Source: Carpediemonas membranifera BICM (Eukaryota; Protista; Fornicata). Taken from it: a DNA stretch of 64,000 nucleotides. The notes beneath the pieces were generated by a model. That model saw only the letters and a program-made list of their open reading frames with translations. It ran no database searches and had not been told where the DNA came from. A program made the position numbers and the translations under genes. Every line of letters begins with the position of its first letter. Within the stretch, counting starts at the first letter, position 1. This document shows positions 11,830 to 22,994 of this stretch, one piece after another. Location of the stretch: assembly GCA_019828565.1 (NCBI GenBank), contig JAHDYR010000014.1, positions 124,001 through 188,000 on the forward strand, read 5' to 3'.

Positions 11830-14800
11830 CCTGCTCTCTCCGAGTTGAAGAACTGATCGCCAAGACTGGCCCCAGACGGCCAGCTTATTGCCTCAGGCGG
11901 CGATGTCAACGGGAAGCGGAACAGTTCGATCAGTGAGACGCCAGCTGATCTGAGCACCGCAATTGTAAGGGCAAGCAGACAGAATGGGATAGCGGACAAG
12001 CGCCTCCTCTTCCACAAGGTCGATGTACATGCAGCACCGATCATGGGCGAAGCGCTGGCGAAGCTCGTCTCAGATGCAACAAAAGGATGTGCAGCCGGGC
12101 GTCACACGCCTTCAGGCGCTCGGTCTCCGACGCGGAGCACCAGCTCACAGGCAGGCTTAGCCCGATGATGCGGCGCCTGGGTCAGTCGACCATGGAGCAG
12201 GTATATCGGTCGAAGTGGTAGTGGTGGAACATCCCAGGGAGAGCATGAGTCGCCCAGGCCAGCTTCAGGGCTGCTGGACACCACTAAACCGATCCTCTAT
12301 GTTGGACGCGCATGATGGAGCATTTTGGGCACGGATTGATCAGGGTTGGCTTGAGTACCTCCTTGAACTGAATGTCCAGCATGGCGTTATCGACCGTCGT
12401 CGATAATCGTCATGGGAGATCCGCACGGGAGATCCGCGGTCGGCCTCTTATACTTCCGGACCTCGGTGATCATCCATCCCTGGGCGGAACAGAGCTGCTA
12501 TTGAGTCGCGTACTCTGTTGTACACGAGGTGGTTTTGAAGTGGTTTTGTCGCACTATGCTGTCACCTTACAGTCTGTACAAGGGGGACCTTTCGACCGTT
12601 GTGGCACGGCGACGGCGTTGACGACGCTGGTGGAACGGTACACTGCGGCTGGAGCTACACAGCCATAATACTACCTCCTTCTCATGACAACGAGCAGTCC
12701 CTGAGACACATGCGCCACAAGTTCACACTAGGGTAAGGCCTTACCTTAGAAGATGTTACTGACACATGCCTCATCGACCTGTACTGATCGTACCGGGTGG
12801 AAGCAAGGTAAGGCCATTCGGTGCGCTCCAGTAAGGTAAGGTAAGGTCCTCACTCACAAGTCTTCGGCCACGATGGTGGCTATCCCGATTTATCGATCCT
12901 GCGCATCCCACCCGGAGAATCGTGGGATGCCATGCGGCCTCGAGCAGTTCGATGGACTCTGGGATCCACGGAAAGTACGCGGGCGTTGCTGACCTCGCGA
13001 CCACCGTAGCCGGCAAGCAAGGAGGGGATTTCTGTGTGGACGAGACGGTCCTGATGGACCACGACCTCTGCCTTCGTGACGAGGTCGCGCAGTCTGTGTA
13101 AGCACTTCCCTGTAAGGTAAGGTCCCCGGAGAAAAGCTTCGTTGGGTGTGAGTAGGACGAGTTCCTCGCGGACCCAGTCGATGTCGATTTTGTAATGATG
13201 CGCGAGCTTCGTGGATGGCCTGCATGTCTGTGTGGAAGGTCTTGATGGCCGTATCTGTGTGTGGGTCACACTTCATGTTGATGAGAGCTCGAGTTGAGTA
13301 AGCGCCGATGCGAAATTAGTAATTTGAGAATCAATGTTCCCCACTACTACGGATTGAATGTTAACGTGCTGAACGATCGGAACGAGCGCCAGTCTGGCTG
13401 TCTACAGGCTCTGCAACGATGACGCACCGCTGGTCGAGGGAGTCCCGACGCTGTGCCCCGCGTGTGAAAAGCGCTTCAGTTGCCACCTAGATAAGGTAAG
13501 GTAATAAGGAGCAGAACGTTCCTCGACAGGCGGCCACGACACAATAACGTGGAGAGAAGCAAGAAGAACTCTTCGCACAAAGCCGTGCGATACCTGCCTG
13601 AGTACGTCCTCGAAGAAGATGGAAGACCTGAAGCCTGGACCATATGTCGCCCGCACACGCTGCGAGAGACACTGGGCAACGCGAGAGATGCGCGAGCAGC
13701 GATGGGAAATGAGGATATCCCCATCATAGGAGACGCGAGAGCTGATACATAGATATGCCCGTCCGCGTTTTCGTCGGCAACAACGCCCTCAGCATCGCAC
13801 GCCTGCATGCGAAGGAAGCACAATATGAGAACTTCGATGTAAGGTGTGGATGTTTTGTTTTGTGTCCCTCACGAACATCCCCGAAGCTGCGTGTGTGGTA
13901 TACAGTACTAGATTAAATACGTAAAGGTAAGGTACAATCAACAATCAACATTGGATTCTTGCACTCTCTTTTGAGGTAATAATAAGTTTGGTTTTTGCCG
14001 GAGAACTCCCTTGCAGCTGATGCGTATTGGCGTGTCGGGCTCGACAAATGACGATCGGACAACCTGGAGCGATAAACGCTCGGTCGGTCCTTCTGAGGCG
14101 ACTGAAGCGGTACCACTTACCTTACCTTACACTTCTAAAAACTAACTGGAGCTACACAGTCGGCCTGGTTATTCAGTTCATTGAGCAAAGCTGACAAAAC
14201 CTGAAACCTGTCTCCCTAAAACCCTAGCCATCTGCAGAGCGTGCAACCAGCCTTGCGAACAAGTTTTAGTTTTAGTTTTACCGAAGTATTGGCGTGATGC
14301 CGTCCTATAGCGAATCATTGACTCCATGGCCCTCCTTGTTTAGGTTTTGATCACAATTCTCGTAGTTGTAAGGCGCGTTCCCTTGTAACAACACGCAATA
14401 CGCAAGCTCAACTCAATCAAGTTCGAGCTTCGGCTGCTCAACTAGCTTTGCCGTCGCTGCAGCCGAGGCATGTACAGAGAAACAAGTCAGCCACCACAAG
14501 TACACCGCATCACGTCTACAGCGCATCATCGCGGATGCCAACGAACGTATTGATGTTCTAATGGCGCAAGAGATTAGCCAGAACCAGTTGTCGCAGTAAG
14601 CTATGCCCACTACTGAGGCAGCTGAGGCGGGCAACGCTCTAGTGGGTCGTATCATGAGTGACTGGAGTCCCGGGACATGCAGCATTGGGAACTGGTTGCG
14701 TGGGCTGTCCGCCCCCGATGAGATCTGGGCAAGACGCCAGCCTGCTCAAGAGACGGTCCTCGTCATGACCGCCGACGAGTTCTTTGAGCTCGCCACGTAA

Positions 14801-15140
14801 GGTAAGGTTACCTTCTTTATTGCAATGGAGCCACCAGTAGCCATGATGATGAGAAACGGGGCATCGCGCGAAAGTTCTCCGGAGCACAAGGTAATCGGGT
14901 AAAGCGCGCTGGTGCGCGATGTCATGCATCAAACAAGAGAAGACATTCTTCGGTTGATGATTGGGGAGTATGGAGGCAGCCACAATATTCTGCACTTCTC
15001 ACAACTGTCGCTCTGATACACAGGGGCGTTGTCCATGATGAGATAGGCAACCCTACCTGTCTTGACCAGTCAATGAAAATACCCCTCAAACTTCTCAGCG
15101 TCGACAGTCTCGCCCGGACCGCCGACTGCTGTCTCTCTCT
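11830..15140. other. Decayed pseudogene/TE debris with (TAAGG)n tracts
   Basis: Only short broken ORFs and no recognised domain. Repeated GTAAGGTAAGG tracts and a 14-bp direct repeat at 12649/14146. Confidence 0.5.
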
Positions 15141-15144
15141 GACG

Positions 15145-15613
15145 TTCATAAAGGCAAGAATGGTGCGGGACTGGGTCAGGCTCCCGGTATGCTTCTTAAT
15201 TATTATATATTATATTATTAATACCTCTGACCCTTATTCGACCAGCCCTTCCTCCTCCACGTATTTCTCGGGTCGACGTGGGTCTCGTCCATCCAGTATA
15301 CGTCGTCGCTGGGTACATCCTTAGTGATTTTGTAGCAGATTAGCATGAAACGGAGCATCTGCTGGGGATCAGCCAGAGCCCAGAGCGTGTCTCCCTTCTT
15401 ACGAGACAGGTTGAGCTCGCAGATCATCTGGCAGACCCTGGCTGCGGTGTATTGGCGGCCAAACTGCTTGCATATAAGATCGACGACCTCGTCAAGAAAC
15501 GCTGGACTTTTGTCTCGACGGTCTCCAGCTTCTGAGGCGCCGCCTGTGGACCTGGGCGTATTCCGGGTTGTCCATCGATATGGCCCGCTCCTCAATCTTC
15601 TGGTGCTTGTCAA
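15145..15613 (-). pseudogene. IS630/Tc1-mariner-like transposase fragment
   Basis: HTH-like FLDEVVDLICKQFG...LNLSRKK, first DDE Asp in YWMDETHVD, then RRKGWSNKGQR. An AT-rich insert at about 15195-15222 breaks the frame before SRTILAFMNV. Confidence 0.75.
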
Positions 15614-15662
15614 ATCGTGTGAAGTCCATTTGTTCGCAATTTACACAGTGACCATCTCTCCC

Positions 15663-17244
15663 TTACGCCTTCATGTTCCGCATCTGTTCGTAGAAAGCGG
15701 CGGTGTACTTGTCGCACTCGAGGAGCTCGAAAACGTGAGCGTTGATCACCACTCTCTCGCCAACAACAAAGTCGGTCGCTTCAAAGAACTTGCCGTCGGT
15801 CTTACGAACCTTCTGCCGGTCAAGGAACTTCCCGCCGCCGATGCCTGAGTTCCGCTGGGGCGGCTCAAAGACTGATACGGAGTCATCGGCAGGGAAGAAG
15901 GTGATGACGAAGCGGCGGGTGGCCTCCACGGGGTCGTCAGTGACCATGCGGCCGCGGAACCTGAGCTGGACGCCCTGGTACTGTGCCATCTTCTTCATGT
16001 CCTTCTTGGGGACCTTGGGTTCGAGGGACTTCCAGGATCCGAGGGAGTCCTCATCGGTGCCGAAGCCAGTGGGCGGGGGCACCTCGATTTCAACTTGCTG
16101 GGCGCGGGGGCGCTCGATGGTGATCTTCTTAAGCTTCTCGGGAGGGAAGTTCAGGACCTCGGCGCAGTACTGGCGAGTGAAGGGGTCACAGTCGCACAGC
16201 ATAAGTGTGCGGCCGAAGCACTCGATGTTGGCGCCGATGAAGAGGTCGTCCTCGGTAACGAAGCCGGCCTCGGGGTTCTTGAGATCCTTGGGCAGCTTCT
16301 GACGGCGGAGGAAGGTGGGGAAGGGGTCGCGGCCGCAGTTAGCGGGGTTGACCTCGAGGACCTCGCAGGTGTCATCAGACAGGAAGTAGTGGAGAACGAG
16401 CTCGCGGATGTCGCCGTAGACGTTCTTCCGATCGTCCCAGACCGTGTAGAAGCGGAGCACCTGCCTGTCCTTGATGAGGAACTTGTGCAGCTTGTCCATA
16501 TCGGTCTGTGTGCGATGCTCCGTCGGCTTGATGTCGAACTTGGCCCTGTGCCCCTGGTAGCGGTCCTCGGGGCGGGGCTCGGGTGTGCCGACCTCGACGC
16601 CGAGCTCCTTCAGGTAATCCTTGGTCGCTTGGTTGGCGTCGTAGATGTGGAACTTGCGCTTGTAGATATCGATGTCAACGCCGATGTTGAGGTCTTGCAA
16701 CTCGATAAACTCGGGCTCGCGGCCGGGGACGACAGCGAGGGCGCGGGGGACGCGATGGCGACGGAGGAAGACACCCTGGGGGATACCAGAGTTCTCGATG
16801 GCGTGCTCATTGATGCTGATGGAGCCATCCTCGAGATAGTAGTCGATGGAGACAAGGCGGATGCGGCTGGACTCAACATCAGACTCGTGTACTTCCTCGT
16901 CGAAGTATGCGAAGAACCTCAGTACCATGCGGTCAAATGCGACGTATGCAGGGACATACTCGTCAAACTGGGTAAAATGGAACAACCAGACAAACGTTGG
17001 CACGGGCCCGCTGAACGCGGAAGGGATCGGTCTTGGCAAGATCGTTGCCGCTGTAATCGGGGATGAACTTCGTGGATTCAAGCTCATTACCAGCAATACC
17101 ACGGGCGTTAGGATTGAAAATGGCAACACCGTTCTTAAAGTCAAGGGCGTGCGATTTGTGGAACTTGGAAGCGTCGGGTGCTTGGAAGGTGTTCCCGGGG
17201 AGGAACGGAGCGCCCTCAGGTCTGATTGTCGTTGAAAGAGACAT
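15663..17244 (-). CDS. EFHC1: EFHC1/Rib72 axonemal protein (three DM10 domains), 2 exons
   Basis: PFLPGNTF N-terminus and three DM10 repeats (VLRFFAYF, VLRFYTVW, QLRFRG). 28-nt intron at 16968-16995. Confidence 0.9.
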
Positions 17245-17249
17245 GTTCT

Positions 17250-20200
17250 ATCTCAAGCGATGTTGTTGTGCAGAAAATTCTCAAGAGCTGTGTGAAAAAA
17301 AGTTATCGGCGTCACCCTTGCCCTCGGGCCCCGTCCAGGGGCTGTAGACCAACACTGCGCTGACGTTGGTGTCAGCCGACGTTGTGATGGCTCAATCATT
17401 CTTGATTCACTTCAAGGCCCGCTGTCGAACAGCTGTCTCCTTAGCTCAGTTGGTAGCCACGACACCATGATGCTGAATGATAACCTAAACTTTATGTATA
17501 AACGATCCGTGCCTTAGATGCCAGCGGGCATCCAGATGGTCTTGTACTCAACCGACTCGTGGAGGAACTCGAGGCCCTCGCCCTGCTCGTTGTCCATCCA
17601 GTCGCGCTGGATGCCGTGGGCGCACCAGGTGCGCTTGCAGTTGTCATGGGCGAGGTACTCGACGAAGAAGGCGGACTCGGCGTCGCCGAAGTGCCAGATC
17701 ATCGTAAGGTCCTCGTGGGCAGCGATGACGCGGGAGGCCTGGGCCTGGCCGCCGGTGACGACGTTGATCACGCCAGCGGGGACGCTAGTGGTGTCGAAGG
17801 TCTGGAACATGTCGGTCGCGCTGAGGGGGTGGGCCTCGGAGGGCACAACAACGACAGCGTTACCGCGGGCGACAGCGGGGGCAAAGCTGGAGACAAAGCC
17901 GAGCAGAGGGTACTCCTCGGGGCAGACGATGCCGATGACACCGATGGGGTCGTTGACGGTCACGGTGAGGCCGTATACGGGCACCTCCTGCACGCGGCCA
18001 CCCCACTTGTCCGCCCAGGAGGCGTACGTGAAGAGGCGCTCAATAGCCTTCTCGACCTCGGCGGTGCAGGACTCCATCGTGCGGCCGGTCATGATGTGGA
18101 TGCGCTTGGCGAACTCCTCGACGCGGTAGGACAGGTTCTCGGCCATGTCGAAGAGAAGCTGGCCGCGCATGTGGGGCGCGGTCTTGGCCCAGCCGGGAGC
18201 AGCCTTGTGGGCAGCGTCGATAGCCTTGGCGACGTCGCCGGAGGTGGACTCGGCGATCTGGCCGATGACCTCACCAGTGGGGGTTCTGCACTGATAGACG
18301 TAGTTGCTCGAGGCGGCGACCTGCTTGCCGGCGATGTAGAGCTTGGGGGTCTTGTCGACAACGAGAGCGGGGTTGCCGAAGGGCACGTCGTTCTCGTCGA
18401 TGATGCCGAACTGGCGGGTCGACCACTTCTCGAGGGCAGCGGCGAAGTCGCTGAGACGCTCAGTCCAGTCGTGCTTGTCGAAGGGCATCCACTTGGGCTT
18501 GACGTAGTTCATGAGGCCCTCCTGGCCACCCTGACGGCCGTAGCCAGTCTCCTTGCGGCCGCCGAAGGGGCCAGTGGCGTCGAACATGTTGTAGCAGTTG
18601 ACCCAGACCATACCGGCGCGGATCTGGTGGGCGACGTCGAGGGCGAGAGAGATGTTCTCGGACCAAACGCCAGAGCCGAGGCCGTAGCGCTGGTTGTTGG
18701 CGAGCTCAACGGCGTCCTTGGCGTCACGGAAGGTCATCGCGGCGACGACAGGGCCGAAGATCTCGTTCTGGACGACAGTCGAGGTGGGGCCGACGTTGGT
18801 GATGAGGGTGGGCACCCAGAAGTCACCGGTCTCGGGGATCTCGATATCGGGCTGCCAGACATCGGCGCCCTCAGCGCGGGCCGTGTCGACGAGGCGCTGG
18901 ATACGGGCAGTGCCGGCAAGGACGGCGGACATGTCGATGCTCTTGTCGAGGGAGGTCGAGATGCGGATAGTGCTCATGCGGCGGCGGATCTTGGCGAAGA
19001 ACTTCTCGGCGATAGACTCCTGCACGAGGAGTCGGGAGCCGGCGGAGCAGATCTGGCCCTGGTTACGGAAGATGGCGTCCATGATGCCCTCGATAGCGCC
19101 GTCAAGGTCGGCGTCCTCGAAGATGATGTTGGGGGACTTGCCAGACATCTGGAGGGTGATGCCCTTGCCAGTGCCGGCGGTCGCCTTGCGGATGGACTGG
19201 CCGACGAGGGTCGAGCCGCAGAAGTCGACCTTTGCGACGTCGGGGTGGGAGGTGAGGCGCTCAGCCATGGCACGGCCACCGCAGACCATGTTGATGACAC
19301 CCTTGGGGAGGCCAACCTGGGCGCAGATCTCGCAGAAGGCGAGGGCGGTCAGGGGCGTGAGGGGGGCGGGCTTGACGACAACGGTGTTGCCCATAGCGAG
19401 AGCGGGGGCGACCTTCCAGGCCATCATGAGGAGGGGGAAGTTGAGGGGGTGATGGCGGCGACGGGGCCGCGGAGGGGCCGTAGCCGGGGAGGATCTTGTC
19501 CGAGAGCTGGGCCCAGCCGGCGTGGTGGTAGAAGTGGCGGACACAGAGGGCCATGTCGATATCGCGGGCCTCGCGGATGGACTTGCCGTTGTCAAGAGCC
19601 TCGAGGACGGCGAGCAGGCCGCTGTGCTTCTGGATCTGGCGGGCGATGGCGTAGATGTACTTGGCGCGGTCGTGGGGAGAGGTGGCGGCCCAGTCGGCAC
19701 GGGCGGCCTCAGCGGCGGCGACAGCCTTGTCGACACCCTCGACGCCAGCGTCGGCGACGTGGTAGAGGATCTCGCCGGTGCTGGGGGCGATGATGGGAGT
19801 CATGGCTTCCTCGTCCTCGGGGAACACCCACTCGTTGTTGATGAACATACCGAAGCGGTGGTTGTGGCGATCAAGGTATTCCTTCGCCATGGCGTCGTTT
19901 TCGAATACTGGGCCGTATTCCATTGTATCAAAGAGCTGTGCGCACTTGGGTCTATTGTCCTCCATTGTTGAACAAACTGCCTATGGATCGCTTCTGTCTG
20001 CTTCGGTGGCCATCACGTGAGAATCGCAATCGAACGCCTCTGTGATCGAGCTCAATCAAAATCAAATCTTCAATTTATCGCCCCTGGATGCGTTCTGAGG
20101 CACACCCCGGCACTCTGCAAGCCACCGGCTTGGCCTGGTACCGTGGCCAGGCTTTTGAGCCGAGTAATCATTTGATTTCGAGGAAATCATCAGATTGCCG

Positions 20201-20301
20201 TCAAGGCCTGTTCAGCCTTCCTTGGCTCTTTTGTCGTATGGAGCGTTCCTGAAGAAAAGCATCTTCCGCACAGCCCGCTGACAGTCAAATCTCAGCCTTG
20301 T
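17250..20301 (-). repeat. Left arm of a ~3.05-kb inverted duplication
   Basis: Near-identical reverse complement of 22995-26044. Confidence 0.9.
17514..19965 (-). CDS. ALDH16-type two-domain aldehyde dehydrogenase, copy 1
   Basis: PLNFPLLMMAWKVAPALAMGN, GQICSAGSR, EIFGPV, then a second ALDH-like domain. Two 1-bp losses in C-runs near 19445-19480 relative to copy 2. Confidence 0.9.
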
Positions 20302-21387
20302 CTGGCTTATCGTCCAGAATAAGTTCTGAACCATGCCCTCGCTGTATGGGTTGAACAGGAAGGCAACTCGTGCCTCCTGCCGACTGAGCTCGAAGTATCG
20401 GTCCGCCAATAGCTGTTCCTGAGCTGTCTCCGGCTTGCTGTAGAGCTCCGGGGAGATTTCCCAGAGGGGCTGCGCGGTTGCCTCCCCAAGCCGGGGGATA
20501 TGCCCAACAGCTACACTCTTATCTGACAGGATATAGGTCTTCCTACGAGCACGGAGATCGGCGTGGACTGCCTGGCGCTTCGCTATTTCATTTGTGGTCA
20601 GGTCGGCCGACATCATCCCAAGATGAATCAAAAAGAAGGCACCCAATGATACAGACAGCACTGAGTTGAACAGAAACACAACCACAAACAATGGCATATG
20701 AATGGCGGCATACCGCAGGAGGACGGCAATCGACATGGGGTTGGGGTGGAGGTTGAAGCCCCCCAGCAAGGACATAAAAATGCGATACTGGTACACAGCA
20801 ATTAGGCCCATGCCAGCAGCGTGGACGAGAAGGAATACCAGGAACCAGCCGTGGTTGAAGAGGCCGACGTCGTTGTTGAGCCACACACAGTGGTGGTCGA
20901 ACCGAAGGACGCAGGTGTTGCAGTAGCGGCAGTGCTTGGACCGGGCGGGCTTAGTGTGCTGGCAGGTGACGCAGGGCTGGGGCTGGTAGAACTGGTTGTC
21001 GTAGGGCACGTCCAGGAGATGCTTCTCGGACGGCTTCAGACGGTCGACGAAGCCAGGGTCACTGAATACGAGAAGGATGAAGAGAGCTGCAGCGGCAAGG
21101 TACCCAGCTGGCACAATGACCCTGTAGAGCGGGCTGAAGTCGACAATGCCGAGGGCACTCTCAGGAGGCGAAAACCAGTCCCGAATGAACGGCGGCTGCT
21201 CCAGATCAAATACAAAGCCTTCCTGTTGTACAGGAATACTGTATGGATTCATGAATTCCACATACACCAGGCAGAAGCTCCCGAACCACAGGATCAGATA
21301 AATACAGGCGAAACACGGATTCGGGCGCTGAATAAACCGAAGATTCATGTAATTGAGAGTCTCTCGCACTCGTCTGATCACATTCAT
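20212..21387 (-). CDS. DHHC palmitoyltransferase (SWF1/ZDHHC4-like)
   Basis: CVTCQHTKPARSKHCRYCNTCVLRFDHHCVWLNNDVG, LTTNE, NPYSEG. Confidence 0.9.
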   Translation of the reverse strand: MNVIRRVRETLNYMNLRFIQRPNPCFACIYLILWFGSFCLVYVEFMNPYSIPVQQEGFVFDLEQPPFIRDWFSPPESALGIVDFSPLYRVIVPAGYLAAAALFILLVFSDPGFVDRLKPSEKHLLDVPYDNQFYQPQPCVTCQHTKPARSKHCRYCNTCVLRFDHHCVWLNNDVGLFNHGWFLVFLLVHAAGMGLIAVYQYRIFMSLLGGFNLHPNPMSIAVLLRYAAIHMPLFVVVFLFNSVLSVSLGAFFLIHLGMMSADLTTNEIAKRQAVHADLRARRKTYILSDKSVAVGHIPRLGEATAQPLWEISPELYSKPETAQEQLLADRYFELSRQEARVAFLFNPYSEGMVQNLFWTISQTRLRFDCQRAVRKMLFFRNAPYDKRAKEG

Positions 21388-21680
21388 TGATCAGAGATGC
21401 AGCAAGGGCGAATTCTGGTCGTCGTCAGGCTGTGACTCGGCCCGACTTTGTCTCCTGCTGAAGGGATACTCAGGCCGTCGCCTGTTTGATCTCTGTCGAT
21501 AGCCATTGCCAGGCTTCGAAATATTGCAGGTGTTCACACGAGTCGAAGGGTGACCGCCCATGTTTTTGGTCAGGCTCAGTGTCAAAGTGTCAGATGAGGC
21601 TTGGATGAGGCCCAAAAGATTTAAGCAAGCTCTTTAGTGCAGCTCATGGCAGTTTCTTTGCCCAGCGATGCTGCTTTACG

Positions 21681-22898
21681 TTGTTACATGCCGAAATGTA
21701 TTGCGTTTCCACACATCTATCCGTCATGGATTACCCGACTGAAAAGGAGGGGAACATTGAATCTGGGGCATTACTACATTCTCTATCCCATATTCAGCAT
21801 GGTGGTAGCCGCTCTTTTCTCGATCTTCGGAATTGGCGTGTTCGCGTTGCTATGTTTGCTCTAATCGTGGCAATTTGTCTTGTTACCGCTGTTATTGTTC
21901 TCTCTTTCACTCCTTCTATGATGGATGATGTGCCTACGAAGTTCCGCATCCATATCATCAGCGATGATGACCAGGCCTCCAAGGTGGATGGCTCCAAGCC
22001 ACATTGGGAGTCTCATTTCTGGACGGGAACACTGGAACTGGACGAGTTTGACTCATACACCTTCCAATGGGACCGTAAGGCCGCCTTTTCCACGAGGACG
22101 AACGAGGCAGACCGGGCGATGGAGCTGTCGGAGCTGCTGTTCTACAGGGGAAGGCTCCTAGCATGCGACGACCGCACCGGGCTCGTGTACGAGATCAAGG
22201 AGGTCGACGGGGCGCCCCAAGCGCTGACCCGCTACGTCCTGCTCGAGGGCGATGGTCAAAGCTCAAACAAGGGCTTCAAGTGTGAGTGGGCGACCATTTA
22301 TCACGGGGATGCCATTTTTGGATCGTTCGGCAAGGAGTTCGCTGACCCTAAGACCGGTGCATTCATGCACAGCAAGCCGATGTGGGTCAAGCGACTTGAA
22401 AAGGACACTGACAGGATCACATCAATTGATTGGGAGCCTGTTTACGAGAAGCTAAGGGAGAAGACGCACACACAGTTCCCTGGCTACCTGCTGCACGAGG
22501 CGGTGGGGTGGTCAGACTTCCACAAGGCATGGTTCTTCGTGCCCCGGCGGGAGAGCCAGTCGCCATATTCAGAGAAGAAGGACATGAGCAATGGAACCGA
22601 TTTGATCCTGATCGCGGACGAGAAGTTCAAAAAGATTGAGGAACTCCGGATTGAATCGATGCTCATCCCCAAGAGAGGGTTCAGTTCTTTCAAGTTCATA
22701 CCGGGTCGCCCCAACGATATTATCGCACTGAGAACCGAAGAGGACACCGACGACGAGGGCCGGGGCCGTCTCATGAGCTACATCAGCATCCTTCACATCG
22801 ATCGTGCACGCAAGAAGATCAGTGTGATCATGCCGGAGAGTGCCATCGAACCTCTGCCTCACAAGTTCGAGGGTATCGAGATCGAAGAAATTCTCTGA
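21681..22898 (+). CDS. Ca-activated nucleotidase/apyrase (CANT1 family), type II membrane
   Basis: MELSEL, DDRTG, KGFKCEWAT, GSFGKE, GYLLHEAV, RGFSSFKFIP, KFEGIE. The start may be ATG 21726. Confidence 0.9.
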   Translation: MLHAEMYCVSTHLSVMDYPTEKEGNIESGALLHSLSHIQHGGSRSFLDLRNWRVRVAMFALIVAICLVTAVIVLSFTPSMMDDVPTKFRIHIISDDDQASKVDGSKPHWESHFWTGTLELDEFDSYTFQWDRKAAFSTRTNEADRAMELSELLFYRGRLLACDDRTGLVYEIKEVDGAPQALTRYVLLEGDGQSSNKGFKCEWATIYHGDAIFGSFGKEFADPKTGAFMHSKPMWVKRLEKDTDRITSIDWEPVYEKLREKTHTQFPGYLLHEAVGWSDFHKAWFFVPRRESQSPYSEKKDMSNGTDLILIADEKFKKIEELRIESMLIPKRGFSSFKFIPGRPNDIIALRTEEDTDDEGRGRLMSYISILHIDRARKKISVIMPESAIEPLPHKFEGIEIEEIL

Positions 22899-22994
22899 GT
22901 ATCCCAGCATGGGTCTATCTAGTATTAATAGCTGCGCTTTTCTCTGGTAAATCACTCTCAGTATTGATTTCTTATGGGCAGCACATGACGCCAT

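Noticed and set aside
17559-19793. Long opposite-strand ORFs over ALDH, EFHC1, pol and TmcB-like genes
   Set aside because: These are shadow frames caused by strong C/G third-position bias and show no motifs.
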